Assembly (NCBI GenBank): GCA_041309005.1
Contig: JBFZAN010000075.1
Location: 1,621-65,620, forward strand
Source: Candidatus Omnitrophota bacterium
Lineage (GTDB): Bacteria; Omnitrophota; Gorgyraeia; Gygaellales; Profunditerraquicolaceae
Direction: 5' to 3'
DNA: 64,000 bases
Shown here one piece after another: positions 39,801 through 48,974 of the stretch (its first letter is position 1; the number at the start of each line of letters is the position of its first letter). A program made the translations under genes and the position numbers. The notes below the pieces were generated by a model, which saw only the letters and a list, made by a program, of their open reading frames with translations, was not told where the DNA came from and searched no databases.

Positions 39801-41078
39801 ATGTCGTACTTCGTAAGGTCTTTCATAACGGCGGTACTTATAAGCATGTTCCCGCTTTACGCGCGCGCTGAAGAAGCCCTTACCTGGCAGGCCTGCGTCG
39901 CGGAGGCCGCGAAGAACCATCCTGACCTGATCTCGGCGAAGGAGAGCGTGAAGCAATCCGAGGCGCAGAAAAAGATCTCCGCGAGCCGGCTCCTGCCCCA
40001 GGTAGACGCCACACTCGGCGCTTCCACCTCGACCAGTATCAGCCGCAAGGCCGGAAGCGAGACCAGCGACAGCTATTCATACGGCGTAAGCGGCTCCCAG
40101 CTTTTGTTCGACGGCAATAAGACGGTAAACCAGGTGAAGGCCGCGGGGGAAGGCGTCAAGGCGGCTTCCTATAATTACAATTTCACGTCTTCCGAAGTAA
40201 GGTTCCGGCTGCGCTCGGCGTTTATCAGCCTCTTAAGGGCGCAGGAGCTGCTTAATATTACGCAGGAGATCTACAATATCAGAAGAGGCAACCTTGAGCT
40301 GATCACGCTTCGCTATCAGTCGGGCATGGAGCACGAGGGCGCGCTCCTGACCGCCCAGGCGAACCTCGCGCAGGCGTCTTTCGAGATCTCGCAGGCTAAT
40401 CGCGGCCTTGAAGTCGCCCGGAGGCAGCTTATTAAGGAAATGGGCAGGAAGGCATTTGCGCCCATCAAGGTGAGTGGAGATTTTGCGCTCGTGAACACTG
40501 TGAAAGAAAAGCCCGATTTTGACGCGATCGTCAACGCTAATCCGTCTTTACTAAGTCTCGCCGCTAAGATCAACCAGGCGAACTTCAGCCTCAGGTCCGC
40601 ATACGATAATTTTTTTCCTTCGCTTTCGGCCCAGTCAGGCGCCGGCAGGAGCGATACGCATTGGCCGCCCAAAAACGACCAGTGGGACGTAGGGCTTTCT
40701 TTGTCGTTGCCTATTTTTGAGGGGGGCTTGCGGTTCGCGCAGGTATCGCAGGCCGGGTCCGTCCTGGACCAGGCAAAGGCCAACGAGCGCAGCGGCCGCG
40801 ACGCGCTGGTCGTGGCGCTGGAAGGGGCGTGGGCGGGCTTACAGGACGCCGAAGAGGCGCTTGACGTCCAGCAGAAGTTCCTGGATGCCGCTCAGATGAG
40901 GGCCAGGATAGCCGAAGCCCAGTATTCCACGGGCTTCATTTCATACGATAACTGGACCATCATCGAAGACGATCTGGTGAGGAACAAAAAAACTTTTTTA
41001 GATACCCGGGCAAACGCGTTGCTTGCCGAAGCTAACTGGATTCAGGCGAAAGGAGAGACGCTGGAATATGCGCAATAA
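39801..41078 (+). CDS. TolC-family outer membrane efflux protein
   Basis: Signal peptide. Two OEP repeats. Size 425 aa. Followed by adaptor + MacB. Confidence 0.75.
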   Translation: MSYFVRSFITAVLISMFPLYARAEEALTWQACVAEAAKNHPDLISAKESVKQSEAQKKISASRLLPQVDATLGASTSTSISRKAGSETSDSYSYGVSGSQLLFDGNKTVNQVKAAGEGVKAASYNYNFTSSEVRFRLRSAFISLLRAQELLNITQEIYNIRRGNLELITLRYQSGMEHEGALLTAQANLAQASFEISQANRGLEVARRQLIKEMGRKAFAPIKVSGDFALVNTVKEKPDFDAIVNANPSLLSLAAKINQANFSLRSAYDNFFPSLSAQSGAGRSDTHWPPKNDQWDVGLSLSLPIFEGGLRFAQVSQAGSVLDQAKANERSGRDALVVALEGAWAGLQDAEEALDVQQKFLDAAQMRARIAEAQYSTGFISYDNWTIIEDDLVRNKKTFLDTRANALLAEANWIQAKGETLEYAQ

Positions 41079-42024
41079 AAAACTGAAGCTTATCTTTGCG
41101 CTTTTGGTGGTAGGGGCGGTATCCGCGTTCGTGGCGATAAAGCTCAAAGGCAGGGGCCCTGAGACCGAGGTCACAAAAGAGATAAATCCCGTGGTAGGTT
41201 CTATCCGGGTTTTTATTTCTACCACCGGAGTGGTCCTGCCTAAGAACCGCCTTGAGGTAAAGCCGCCGGTAAACGGCCGCATCGAAAGTATCCTTGTGAA
41301 AGAAGGCGAAAAGGTAACACAGGGCCAGATACTGGCGTGGATGAGCTCCACGGAAAGGGCAGCGCTCCTGGATGCCGCGCAGGGGCAGGGAGAAGAAAAG
41401 CTCAAGTACTGGAAAGAAGTATATAAGCCCATAGCCCTGCTTTCGCCTATTGGCGGAGAAGTGATCGTGGCGACCACCCAGCCGGGACAGACCGTTACCA
41501 CCGGCGACGCGGTGGTGGTGCTTTCAGACCACCTGATCGTCCGGGCGCAGGTCGATGAGACCGATATCGGCAAGATCGCGCAAGACATGAAAGCGGTCAT
41601 CACGCTTGACGCGTATCCTGATACCAGGATCAAGGCCGTAGTCGAGCATATCTATTACGAGTCGCAAACGGTCAATAACGTCACTATTTATCAGGTTGAC
41701 CTCATTCCGAAGGAAGTGCCGGTTTTTTTCCGTTCCGGCATGAACGCGTCGGTAGATTTTATGGTGGAAGATAAAAAAGATATCCTTACCATCCCGGTCG
41801 AGGCCGTGTATAAGAACGGGCAAAGTTACGTGTTGCTGAAGCAGCCCAACGCTAAAGAGCCGCTCAAGGCGCGCGTGCAGCTGGGTATCAGCGATGATAA
41901 AAATGTCGAGGTCATTTCAGGGGTGAGCGAAACAGACCTTATCATAGTAAAATCGAAGAAGTATTCCGTGCCGACGGGCGGCGCCGGCGGGAATAACCCG
42001 TTTTCTCCTTTCAGAAGAAGATAA
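41068..42024 (+). CDS. macA: Periplasmic adaptor subunit (HlyD/MacA family)
   Basis: Start corrected to ATG 41068 (N-terminal TM anchor MRNKKLKLIFALLVVGAV). Biotinyl/lipoyl-like hairpin and beta-barrel segments. Confidence 0.7.
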   Translation: MRNKKLKLIFALLVVGAVSAFVAIKLKGRGPETEVTKEINPVVGSIRVFISTTGVVLPKNRLEVKPPVNGRIESILVKEGEKVTQGQILAWMSSTERAALLDAAQGQGEEKLKYWKEVYKPIALLSPIGGEVIVATTQPGQTVTTGDAVVVLSDHLIVRAQVDETDIGKIAQDMKAVITLDAYPDTRIKAVVEHIYYESQTVNNVTIYQVDLIPKEVPVFFRSGMNASVDFMVEDKKDILTIPVEAVYKNGQSYVLLKQPNAKEPLKARVQLGISDDKNVEVISGVSETDLIIVKSKKYSVPTGGAGGNNPFSPFRRR

Positions 42025-43994
42025 TGATAGAGCTGAAGCATATCTACAAAACGTATCAGATGGGCTCGGAAAAGGTCAGGGCCCTTGTGGACGTCTCCCT
42101 GAAGATAGCGCCCGGAGAGTTCGTGGCGATCATGGGGCCGTCGGGTTCGGGCAAATCCACGCTTATGCACGTGCTGGGGCTCCTTGACAGGCCTGATTCC
42201 GGAGAGTATTACCTGGGGCAGAAAAAACTCAACGTCCTCTTAGACTCCGAACTGGCAGCCATACGCAACCGCCTGGTCGGGTTCGTGTTCCAGCAGTTCC
42301 ATCTCCTGCCCAGGATGACCGCGCTCGAAAACGCGGAACTGCCTTTGATCTACTCGGGAAAGCGCCATTTGAAGGGTCAGGCAAAGCTCAGGATCCAGGA
42401 AGTCGGCTTGGCGGACAGGATGAACCACAGGCCGGGTGAGCTTTCCGGAGGCCAGCAGCAGCGGGTGGCTATCGCCCGGTCCCTGGTCAACGACCCTCTG
42501 ATCATTTTCGCGGATGAACCCACCGGTAACCTCGATTCCAAAAGCAAGGAAGAGATCATCTCCATACTCAAAGGGCTGAATGAAAAAGGCAAAACCATCA
42601 TCATGGTGACCCATGAAAACGAAATGGCTGTGCACGCCGGGCGAGTGATCAGTATCTTTGACGGCAAGATCATTTCCGATGTAAAACAAGGGACGGCGCC
42701 GAAACCCTCCAAAGAGAGCCAGGCCGACGAGATCATAGAGACGGTGTTGTCGAAGCAGGAAAGAAAGGCCAGGGAAACGCAGTTGCTGGAATACCTCCAG
42801 CAGGCCGCCCAGGCAATGGTGTCCCACAAGATGCGTTCTTTCCTTTCTATCCTCGGCATATTGATAGGCGTTGCCGCGGTCATTGCCATGCTCGCCGTAG
42901 GCACGGGCGCGAAAGAGTCTATCGAGAAACAGCTGGCTTCTTTGGGCTCCAACCTCATCGTGGTCAGGCCCGGCTCTTCCAGGATCCACGGGGTGTCTTC
43001 CGGCGCGGGAGCGGTGACGCGTTTTACTTTCCAGGACGTGGCGGCGATAGAAAAACTAAGCGACGAAGTCAAGATGGTGAGCCCTTCGGTCAGCGGCAAG
43101 GGCCAGGTCGTGTTTGAAAATAATAACTGGAGCACCCAGGTAGAAGGCGTGGGCGTCGATTTCGCCGCTATCCGGGCTGCGCAACCCGTGGTGGGGAGGT
43201 TCTTTACCGATGAAGAGGTGATGAGAAGGGACAAGGTCGCGCTTTTGGGCATGACAGTGGTAAAAGAGCTTTTCGGGGATTCAAACCCCGTCGGCCAGAC
43301 CATCAAGATAAACCTTATTAATTTCAGGGTCATCGGGATACTCCCCGTAAAGGGCGCGACGGGTTTTCGCGACCAGGATGACACAGTGATCATTCCCGTC
43401 ACGACCGCGATGTACCGGGTGTTCGGGAAGGACTATATCGACCAGCTGTACGTGGAAGCCACCAGCCCCAGGACAATAGACGCGGCGCAGGACGCCATTA
43501 CCAAGATCATCATCAAGCTGCACCGGCTGGTTACCAAAGACGAAAAAGACTCTTTTCAGATCAGGAACATGTCGGACATCAAGGCGACGCTTGAAGCCAC
43601 CACCAAAACGATGTCCATGCTCCTGGGAGCGATTGCCGCGATATCGCTTTTGGTCGGCGGCATAGGCATCATGAACATTATGCTCGTGTCGGTAACCGAA
43701 CGCACCCGCGAGATCGGCCTGCGCAAGGCCATCGGCGCGAATAACAAGGATATCATGTCACAGTTCCTTATTGAGTCCGTATTGATGTCGTTTCTCGGAG
43801 GTATCTCGGGGATCTTGCTCGGCGCCGGCATATCCCTGCTTATCACTCTCTTTGCCGGCTGGACGGTAAGGGTCTCAATGTCTTCAGTGGTCCTGGCAAC
43901 GACGTTTTCTTTAGTGGTAGGAATAGTGTTCGGCCTCTGGCCGGCCAGTAAAGCCTCAAAGCTCGACCCCATAGAAGCGCTGCGCTACGAATAA
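42024..43994 (+). CDS. macB: MacB-type ABC transporter (fused ATPase + FtsX-like permease)
   Basis: Walker [23 protein letters not shown]. Walker B IFADEPTGNLD. C-terminal 4-TM FtsX permease with large periplasmic domain. Confidence 0.85.
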   Translation: MIELKHIYKTYQMGSEKVRALVDVSLKIAPGEFVAIMGPSGSGKSTLMHVLGLLDRPDSGEYYLGQKKLNVLLDSELAAIRNRLVGFVFQQFHLLPRMTALENAELPLIYSGKRHLKGQAKLRIQEVGLADRMNHRPGELSGGQQQRVAIARSLVNDPLIIFADEPTGNLDSKSKEEIISILKGLNEKGKTIIMVTHENEMAVHAGRVISIFDGKIISDVKQGTAPKPSKESQADEIIETVLSKQERKARETQLLEYLQQAAQAMVSHKMRSFLSILGILIGVAAVIAMLAVGTGAKESIEKQLASLGSNLIVVRPGSSRIHGVSSGAGAVTRFTFQDVAAIEKLSDEVKMVSPSVSGKGQVVFENNNWSTQVEGVGVDFAAIRAAQPVVGRFFTDEEVMRRDKVALLGMTVVKELFGDSNPVGQTIKINLINFRVIGILPVKGATGFRDQDDTVIIPVTTAMYRVFGKDYIDQLYVEATSPRTIDAAQDAITKIIIKLHRLVTKDEKDSFQIRNMSDIKATLEATTKTMSMLLGAIAAISLLVGGIGIMNIMLVSVTERTREIGLRKAIGANNKDIMSQFLIESVLMSFLGGISGILLGAGISLLITLFAGWTVRVSMSSVVLATTFSLVVGIVFGLWPASKASKLDPIEALRYE

Positions 43995-44106
43995 CCCCGC
44001 TTTTCCCCCGGTAGAAAAAAGTCAATAAAAAGTAGAATCAGCTAATTTACAAATTCTTTGAATCGGGCTATAAATAATACTATACCTGTATACCAACGGA
44101 GGTGTT

Positions 44107-44454
44107 ATGCGCGCAGGAACAAAGTTCTTATTCGTGTCTTTATTAGGCGTTTCATTGGCGTTTACTGCGTATGCGCAAGCCGCCTCCGACCACGTCGACG
44201 TTAAAACCATTGAAGGCAGGATAGTGGCGCTGGACTGGGTCGCTTCGGTCATCGTCGTGCGGTGGTTCGGCTCGCCGGGGGAGGGGTATGGCCCTGATGA
44301 GGTCACCATACATGTCAACGACGATACCAGGATCACCAAAGGGGCCCAGGATATCTCTCTCGCCGACATTAACGTGGATGACCGGGTGTCGGTGAGCTTT
44401 TACAGGGATTCTTTCGCCGGTTTACAGGCGATTCGGATAGTGGTCGACATTTAA
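44107..44454 (+). CDS. Hypothetical secreted protein
   Basis: Signal peptide MRAGTKFLFVSLLGVSLAFTAYA. No recognisable domain. Confidence 0.35.
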   Translation: MRAGTKFLFVSLLGVSLAFTAYAQAASDHVDVKTIEGRIVALDWVASVIVVRWFGSPGEGYGPDEVTIHVNDDTRITKGAQDISLADINVDDRVSVSFYRDSFAGLQAIRIVVDI

Positions 44455-44455
44455 C

Positions 44456-45193
44456 GTGCCAAAAGGAGGCGGTATGAAAAAGGTCTTCATGTCTATAATC
44501 GTGGTCCTGCTCATCCTGGTCGTCGTGGCGGTCTTTGCCAGGGATATGTTTGCCAGGGCTTTCTTCACCAATGCGCTCAGGAAAATAACGGGCCTCGAAG
44601 TAAAGACGTCGGCTATGCGCATAGGCCTCTCTAAGTCCTTTGTGGCGATAGAAGGGCTTGAGGTTTCCAATCCCGCCGGCTTCCCCGATAAACTGATGAT
44701 ACAAGCGCCCGAGATCTACGTCGCCTATGACCTGGGCGCGTTCTTCAAGCAGAAGGTGCACCTTTCCGAAATAAGGATAGACATTGCCCAGCTTGCCGTT
44801 ATCCAGGATAAAAGCATGAAGCTCAACGTTAATTCCCTGGCGCTCCTTTTGCCCAAGCCAAGCGGCCAAAAGCCCCCTGAAGTCAAGATAGATACGCTTA
44901 AGCTTAAAATCGGCAAGGTGGTGTATAAGAACTACGGCCTGGGCCCCGAGCCGAAAGCGGTGGAATTTAACCCGAATATAGACGAAACGTTTACCGATGT
45001 CACCGACCCTTCGAAGATTACCTCCGAGATACTGGTGAAGGTGCTTTCAAGGCTGGGTATCTCTGACCTCGCGTCGTTCGGTACGAAAACCTTCAAAGAG
45101 GAAGTCGCGAAGATAGAAGGGCAGGCCAAGACCGCCGCCGGGGAGGCCGTGAACAAGGCAAAAGAAGGGCTGCAGAACATTTTTAAACCTTAG
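44456..45193 (+). CDS. Hypothetical membrane-anchored protein
   Basis: N-terminal TM helix (VFMSIIVVLLILVVVAVFA). No recognisable domain. Confidence 0.35.
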   Translation: MPKGGGMKKVFMSIIVVLLILVVVAVFARDMFARAFFTNALRKITGLEVKTSAMRIGLSKSFVAIEGLEVSNPAGFPDKLMIQAPEIYVAYDLGAFFKQKVHLSEIRIDIAQLAVIQDKSMKLNVNSLALLLPKPSGQKPPEVKIDTLKLKIGKVVYKNYGLGPEPKAVEFNPNIDETFTDVTDPSKITSEILVKVLSRLGISDLASFGTKTFKEEVAKIEGQAKTAAGEAVNKAKEGLQNIFKP

Positions 45194-45202
45194 GAGGCGG
45201 GT

Positions 45203-45571
45203 ATGAGAAGTCTGGCGTTGTTGCTAATTGTTACGTTGTTAGTGCTGTTCGGCTGCGCGCAGGAAAAAACCGCTCCCGAAGAAAAAAGCGGCGGGCAGAT
45301 GAAGGCTGAAGCCCCCATGCAGGCGCCTGCGCCCGAGAGCATCCCCGAGCAAATGGAGCCCGCGCAAATGGAAGCCGCGCGGCAGGAAACGGCTCGAAGC
45401 ATAGCGCCTCGAATGGGGCCCCCAATGGCCGAAGAAGAAATGCCCGCTATGGAGAAAACAGTGCCGGCAGAGCCCGCGTCAATGGAGGGATGGAGCCTGT
45501 CCGTGTTTGACCCCGGTACCGGGATGACCCAGTACTATTCTTCAAACGGGGAAATGCTGGGAAGCAAATAA
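45203..45571 (+). CDS. Hypothetical lipoprotein (Ala/Pro/Glu/Met-rich)
   Basis: Lipobox LFGC at the end of the signal peptide. Low-complexity PE/AM-rich mature region. Confidence 0.35.
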   Translation: MRSLALLLIVTLLVLFGCAQEKTAPEEKSGGQMKAEAPMQAPAPESIPEQMEPAQMEAARQETARSIAPRMGPPMAEEEMPAMEKTVPAEPASMEGWSLSVFDPGTGMTQYYSSNGEMLGSK

Positions 45572-45585
45572 AAAAGGAGGAAAGG

Positions 45586-45933
45586 ATGAAGAAGTTGTTA
45601 ACGCTTTTAGCGGCCGTCGCTATCGGTGTAAGCTTGACGGTCATAGGCTGCGGCCCCCAAAAGGCAGCTTCCAGTAAAGAGGCCATTGACGCTTCAAAGG
45701 CAATGCAGACGGTACAGGCCAAGACTGATTACCTCGTGCAGCAGGCAAAGGCATTTTACAACTCCAAGGATTTCCAGCAGGCGGTCGATGTCGCTCAGTA
45801 CGTGCTCGCCTACGTGGACAAGGACTCGCAGGAAGCCAAGACCCTGCTCGATAAGGCAAAAGAGCAGCTGGCCGAGATGGCGAAAAAGCAGATGGATACA
45901 TTGAAGAGCAAGATGCCCGCATTGGGCAAATAA
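45586..45933 (+). CDS. Hypothetical lipoprotein
   Basis: Signal peptide with VIGC lipobox. Helical KAxxxQ-rich. RBS AAGGAGGAAAGG. Confidence 0.35.
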   Translation: MKKLLTLLAAVAIGVSLTVIGCGPQKAASSKEAIDASKAMQTVQAKTDYLVQQAKAFYNSKDFQQAVDVAQYVLAYVDKDSQEAKTLLDKAKEQLAEMAKKQMDTLKSKMPALGK

Positions 45934-45963
45934 GCGCCGCAAACCGCGCGAGAGGAGGCAGCA

Positions 45964-46131
45964 ATGGGTGGCTTGATAGGGTTAGTAGTGCTGGTGCTGG
46001 ATATTGTCGCCGTGGTCGACCTTTTTAAAAGCGGCCAGGATACGGGGAAGAAGGTGCTCTGGCTGGTCCTGATACTGCTATTGCCCGTAATCGGTATGAT
46101 ACTCTACTTTTTAATAGGAAAGAAGAACTGA
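45964..46131 (+). CDS. PLD-nuclease-N-like small membrane protein (55 aa)
   Basis: Not in ORF track. MGGLIGLVVLVLDIVAVVDLFKSGQDTGKKVLWLVLILLLPVIGMILYFLIGKKN matches the PLDc_N / cardiolipin synthase N-terminal small-protein family. RBS GAGGAGG upstream. Confidence 0.45.
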   Translation: MGGLIGLVVLVLDIVAVVDLFKSGQDTGKKVLWLVLILLLPVIGMILYFLIGKKN

Positions 46132-46132
46132 T

Positions 46133-46585
46133 ATGCTGATAAAAGACATAATGACGCCTCACCCTGTCACGGTCCGTCCTGAAACAGGCGTGCAGGAAGT
46201 GGCGAGACTGCTTGTGGAGAGAAACATTAGCGCCCTCCCGGTAGTCGACGGCAGCGGGAAGCTTGTGGGTATCGTGCGCGAGGAGGGCGTGATCTTCCAG
46301 GATAAAAAAGCGCACCTTCCCACGTTTATCAATCTTTCCATAGGCTTCCTCACCCTGGGGGCGAAGAAATTCGAAGACGAGATAAAGAAGATCACTGCCA
46401 GCCGCGCGCAGGACATCATGGAGAAAAAGGTGCTTACCGTGGACGCGCGCGTCACGTTAGAGGACGCCGCTACCATGATGATCGAAAAGGGTTCTTATTA
46501 TCTGCCGGTGGTCGAGAACGGTGCGTTGATAGGCGTGATCACTAAGAAGGATATTGTCCGGGCGATTGCCGCGGGCAAACGATGA
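46133..46585 (+). CDS. CBS domain pair protein
   Basis: Two CBS motifs (IMTPHPVTV...ALPVVD, VLTVDARVTL...YLPVVE). Confidence 0.75.
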   Translation: MLIKDIMTPHPVTVRPETGVQEVARLLVERNISALPVVDGSGKLVGIVREEGVIFQDKKAHLPTFINLSIGFLTLGAKKFEDEIKKITASRAQDIMEKKVLTVDARVTLEDAATMMIEKGSYYLPVVENGALIGVITKKDIVRAIAAGKR

Positions 46586-46587
46586 GC

Positions 46588-47736
46588 TTATGTTTCCCGC
46601 CAGGATAGGGTAGTTTCCCCGCCTTCGCTTCCGATGGTCCTCGTGGCCAATGACGGGTCATAATAGACTTTAGCTTGGCCGCTAAGCGTGATATTATTGC
46701 CTGTATAGGCGCCGTAATACGTGCCTTGTCCGGAGATCGAAAGGTTGGTTGAGGGCGCGTAGATGACGCCGTAGAAATCACCCTGCCCGGAAAGGGTAAT
46801 GGTACTGGTATTGTTTTCGGTGCCGTAGATGGTCAGGCTGTTCACATCATGACTCGCGTTGGATACGCCCTGGCCACCGATTGAGACCGCCCCGTCTACG
46901 TACACGGTAAGCGAGCCACCGCTTAGAATGTTCAATTTTGCCTGTCCTGAAATCGCCAGAGAGGAAGCGCCGGTCAGGTAAAGCACCACGTCGCCGCTTA
47001 TATTAAGCTTGGATTGGCCGGATAAACTTATCGAAGAATATTTGTAATTGCCCGCGGATATCGTGGATGTGCTCTGTCCCCCTACGCTAAGCGTCCCCAG
47101 GCTGCTTAAACTTGCCAATTCAGGCGGTACGCTGATGGCGGGAGGGGGCTCCCCAGGCGCGTTTTCCGTTACGTCCCCGTTGACGATCCCCGACTGGGCG
47201 CTCATGTTCACGTCGCCGTTGGAGGTGATATCGCCGTTATATACTTTTGACTGGCCGCTCATGTTCACGTCGCCGGTAGAGTAGAGCGCGTTTGCCAGGC
47301 TGAAGGCTGAACCGAAAGTGACTATTAATTTCACCTGCCTCATCCCCGCGTAGTTCGCCATCGCGGGCACGTACCCCGTGGATACAATGATCGCGTCGCC
47401 TGACTCCGGAGGTACGGGGTTACGACAGGCTACCTGCATCTGCCCCGTCGCCAGGGAAAACAACGCGTAGCCGCTGGGGTAACCGTGCGCTGAATCCGTC
47501 CTCCAGCTTGAGCTTTGCTCCAGTTCATGCCTTGCCCACTGTATGCCTGAATCAGCCAGGTACAGAGCCTGTTCCGAATTCAGATTACGGGCGTTGCCTT
47601 CGAAATTACTCGAAAGTAATGCCGTCAGCGACCAGCCTAATATCGCCAGCATCATCATGGCGAAGATAACGATCAATAAGGCTAATCCGCGTTCTTTCTT
47701 TTTACCGGCCATATAGTCCTCCCTTATCCACTTCAA
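46588..47736 (-). CDS. PilX-N-terminal-like anchored protein with beta-helical SGQ-x-K repeats (putative pilus/surface-associated)
   Basis: N-terminal KKKERGLALLIVIFAMMMLAILGWSL resembles the PilX_N hydrophobic anchor. Mature part consists of ~15-20-aa repeats (SGQAKLNILGDV..., ISGQG...). Matching nucleotide repeats at 47180-47290. Confidence 0.4.
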   Translation of the reverse strand: MKWIREDYMAGKKKERGLALLIVIFAMMMLAILGWSLTALLSSNFEGNARNLNSEQALYLADSGIQWARHELEQSSSWRTDSAHGYPSGYALFSLATGQMQVACRNPVPPESGDAIIVSTGYVPAMANYAGMRQVKLIVTFGSAFSLANALYSTGDVNMSGQSKVYNGDITSNGDVNMSAQSGIVNGDVTENAPGEPPPAISVPPELASLSSLGTLSVGGQSTSTISAGNYKYSSISLSGQSKLNISGDVVLYLTGASSLAISGQAKLNILSGGSLTVYVDGAVSIGGQGVSNASHDVNSLTIYGTENNTSTITLSGQGDFYGVIYAPSTNLSISGQGTYYGAYTGNNITLSGQAKVYYDPSLATRTIGSEGGETTLSWRET

Positions 47737-47839
47737 TTATAACCTTTTTTCCGCTGTTTTTCAAGGAAGATTGTCAACGCCTCGCTATGCCGAGAAATAC
47801 GCTTGAACTGTGGCGCGCTTAGGATATAATAGGTACAGC

Positions 47840-48667
47840 ATGGATACCTATACCGCAAAGACCAGGGACTGGCTCAACGAGCGTTTTAAGCAGTGTAATG
47901 CCGAAGGCATATATTACGCCCACCAGCCCATATACGGGATGCGCCGGGGCTTTAGCGAGATCCGTCCGGTGAAGCGCTACATTATCACCCACCAGATCAT
48001 GGAGGCGCTTTCGCACATCAAGTTCGATTCGTTCTTTGACGCGGGCGGCGCGGAAGGGTATAAGTCATGGATCGTGGAGAAATTATTCAAGGTAAAGGCG
48101 GTAAGCTCTGACCTTTCTGATGAGGGCTGCAGGAGGGCTAGGGAGATATTCGGGGTCACCGCGCTCTCCGCGGACGTCCACGCGCTCCCTTTTAAGGACA
48201 ACGCCTTCGACGTGGTCCTGTGCAGCGAGACTTTGGAGCATGTGGTGGACTTTAACCGGGCGATAGAAGAGCTTATAAGGGTCGCGCGCAAGGCGCTCAT
48301 CATCACGGTGCCGCATGAGCCCCAGTCGGTCATCGAGACGGTCAAGAAGCGCCAGGTCCCCGACGGCCACATCCACGCCTTCGACGTCTGCAGCTTTGAT
48401 TTTCTAAAAGGAAAGCACCAGGTGATGACAAGAAAAATGATCAGCCCGCATTTGAAAAAACTCTTTCTTCACCATTTCGGCACCCGCGGCGCGGACCTCC
48501 AGATACGCTTGCACAAGGCGTTCTGCCGCTTCGGTGAGGCCTACGAAAGCGTCCTCTGCGTCGTCCTGAAAGACAAGCACTGCTGGTCGCCGAAGCCGAA
48601 GAAAAAGATTGCCCCGTACACGATCGTCAACTTCACGGTCCCTTTCTATTACCTGAAGAAGCGGTAG
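47840..48667 (+). CDS. Class I SAM-dependent methyltransferase
   Basis: Start at ATG 47840. Motif I-like DAGGAEG. DVVLCSETLEHV motif II region. Confidence 0.6.
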   Translation: MDTYTAKTRDWLNERFKQCNAEGIYYAHQPIYGMRRGFSEIRPVKRYIITHQIMEALSHIKFDSFFDAGGAEGYKSWIVEKLFKVKAVSSDLSDEGCRRAREIFGVTALSADVHALPFKDNAFDVVLCSETLEHVVDFNRAIEELIRVARKALIITVPHEPQSVIETVKKRQVPDGHIHAFDVCSFDFLKGKHQVMTRKMISPHLKKLFLHHFGTRGADLQIRLHKAFCRFGEAYESVLCVVLKDKHCWSPKPKKKIAPYTIVNFTVPFYYLKKR

Positions 48668-48818
48668 CCTTTAGCAAGCCGGCGAAAAAATCAGTTTACA
48701 GCAGGCAATCAAAAGCTATAATAGTTTAGTGAAATATCGCGCCCATCGCCCGTAGATTCGCTTGGGCTTCGCCTCGCAAATCTAAGCGCTGGGGATTAGG
48801 CGAAGACAATTAATAGAC

Positions 48819-48892
48819 GCGCCCATAGCTCAATTGGATAGAGCACTTGCCTACGGAGCAAGTTGTTGTTGGTTCGATTCCAACTGGGCGCA
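48819..48892 (+). tRNA. tRNA-Arg (anticodon ACG)
   Basis: Manual fold: acceptor GCGCCCA/TGGGCGC. D-arm GCTC-AATTGGATA-GAGC. Anticodon stem CTTGC/GCAAG with loop CTACGGA (U33, ACG, G37). Variable TTGTT. T-arm GTTGG-TTCGATT-CCAAC. Discriminator A. No encoded CCA. Confidence 0.85.
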
Positions 48893-48968
48893 TTACCTTA
48901 TATGTATCCGCCCGTCCTGAGCGAAGCGAGGGGCTGGGCGCATTACCTTATATGTATCCGCCCGTCCT
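48884..48968. repeat. Perfect 35-bp direct repeat (CTGGGCGCATTACCTTATATGTATCCGCCCGTCCT) x2, 50-bp period; first copy begins inside the 3-prime end of tRNA-Arg
   Basis: Copies at 48884-48918 and 48934-48968, separated by gagcgaagcgagggg. Second copy ends 6 nt before the tadA start. Confidence 0.9.
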
Positions 48969-48974
48969 CCACCG

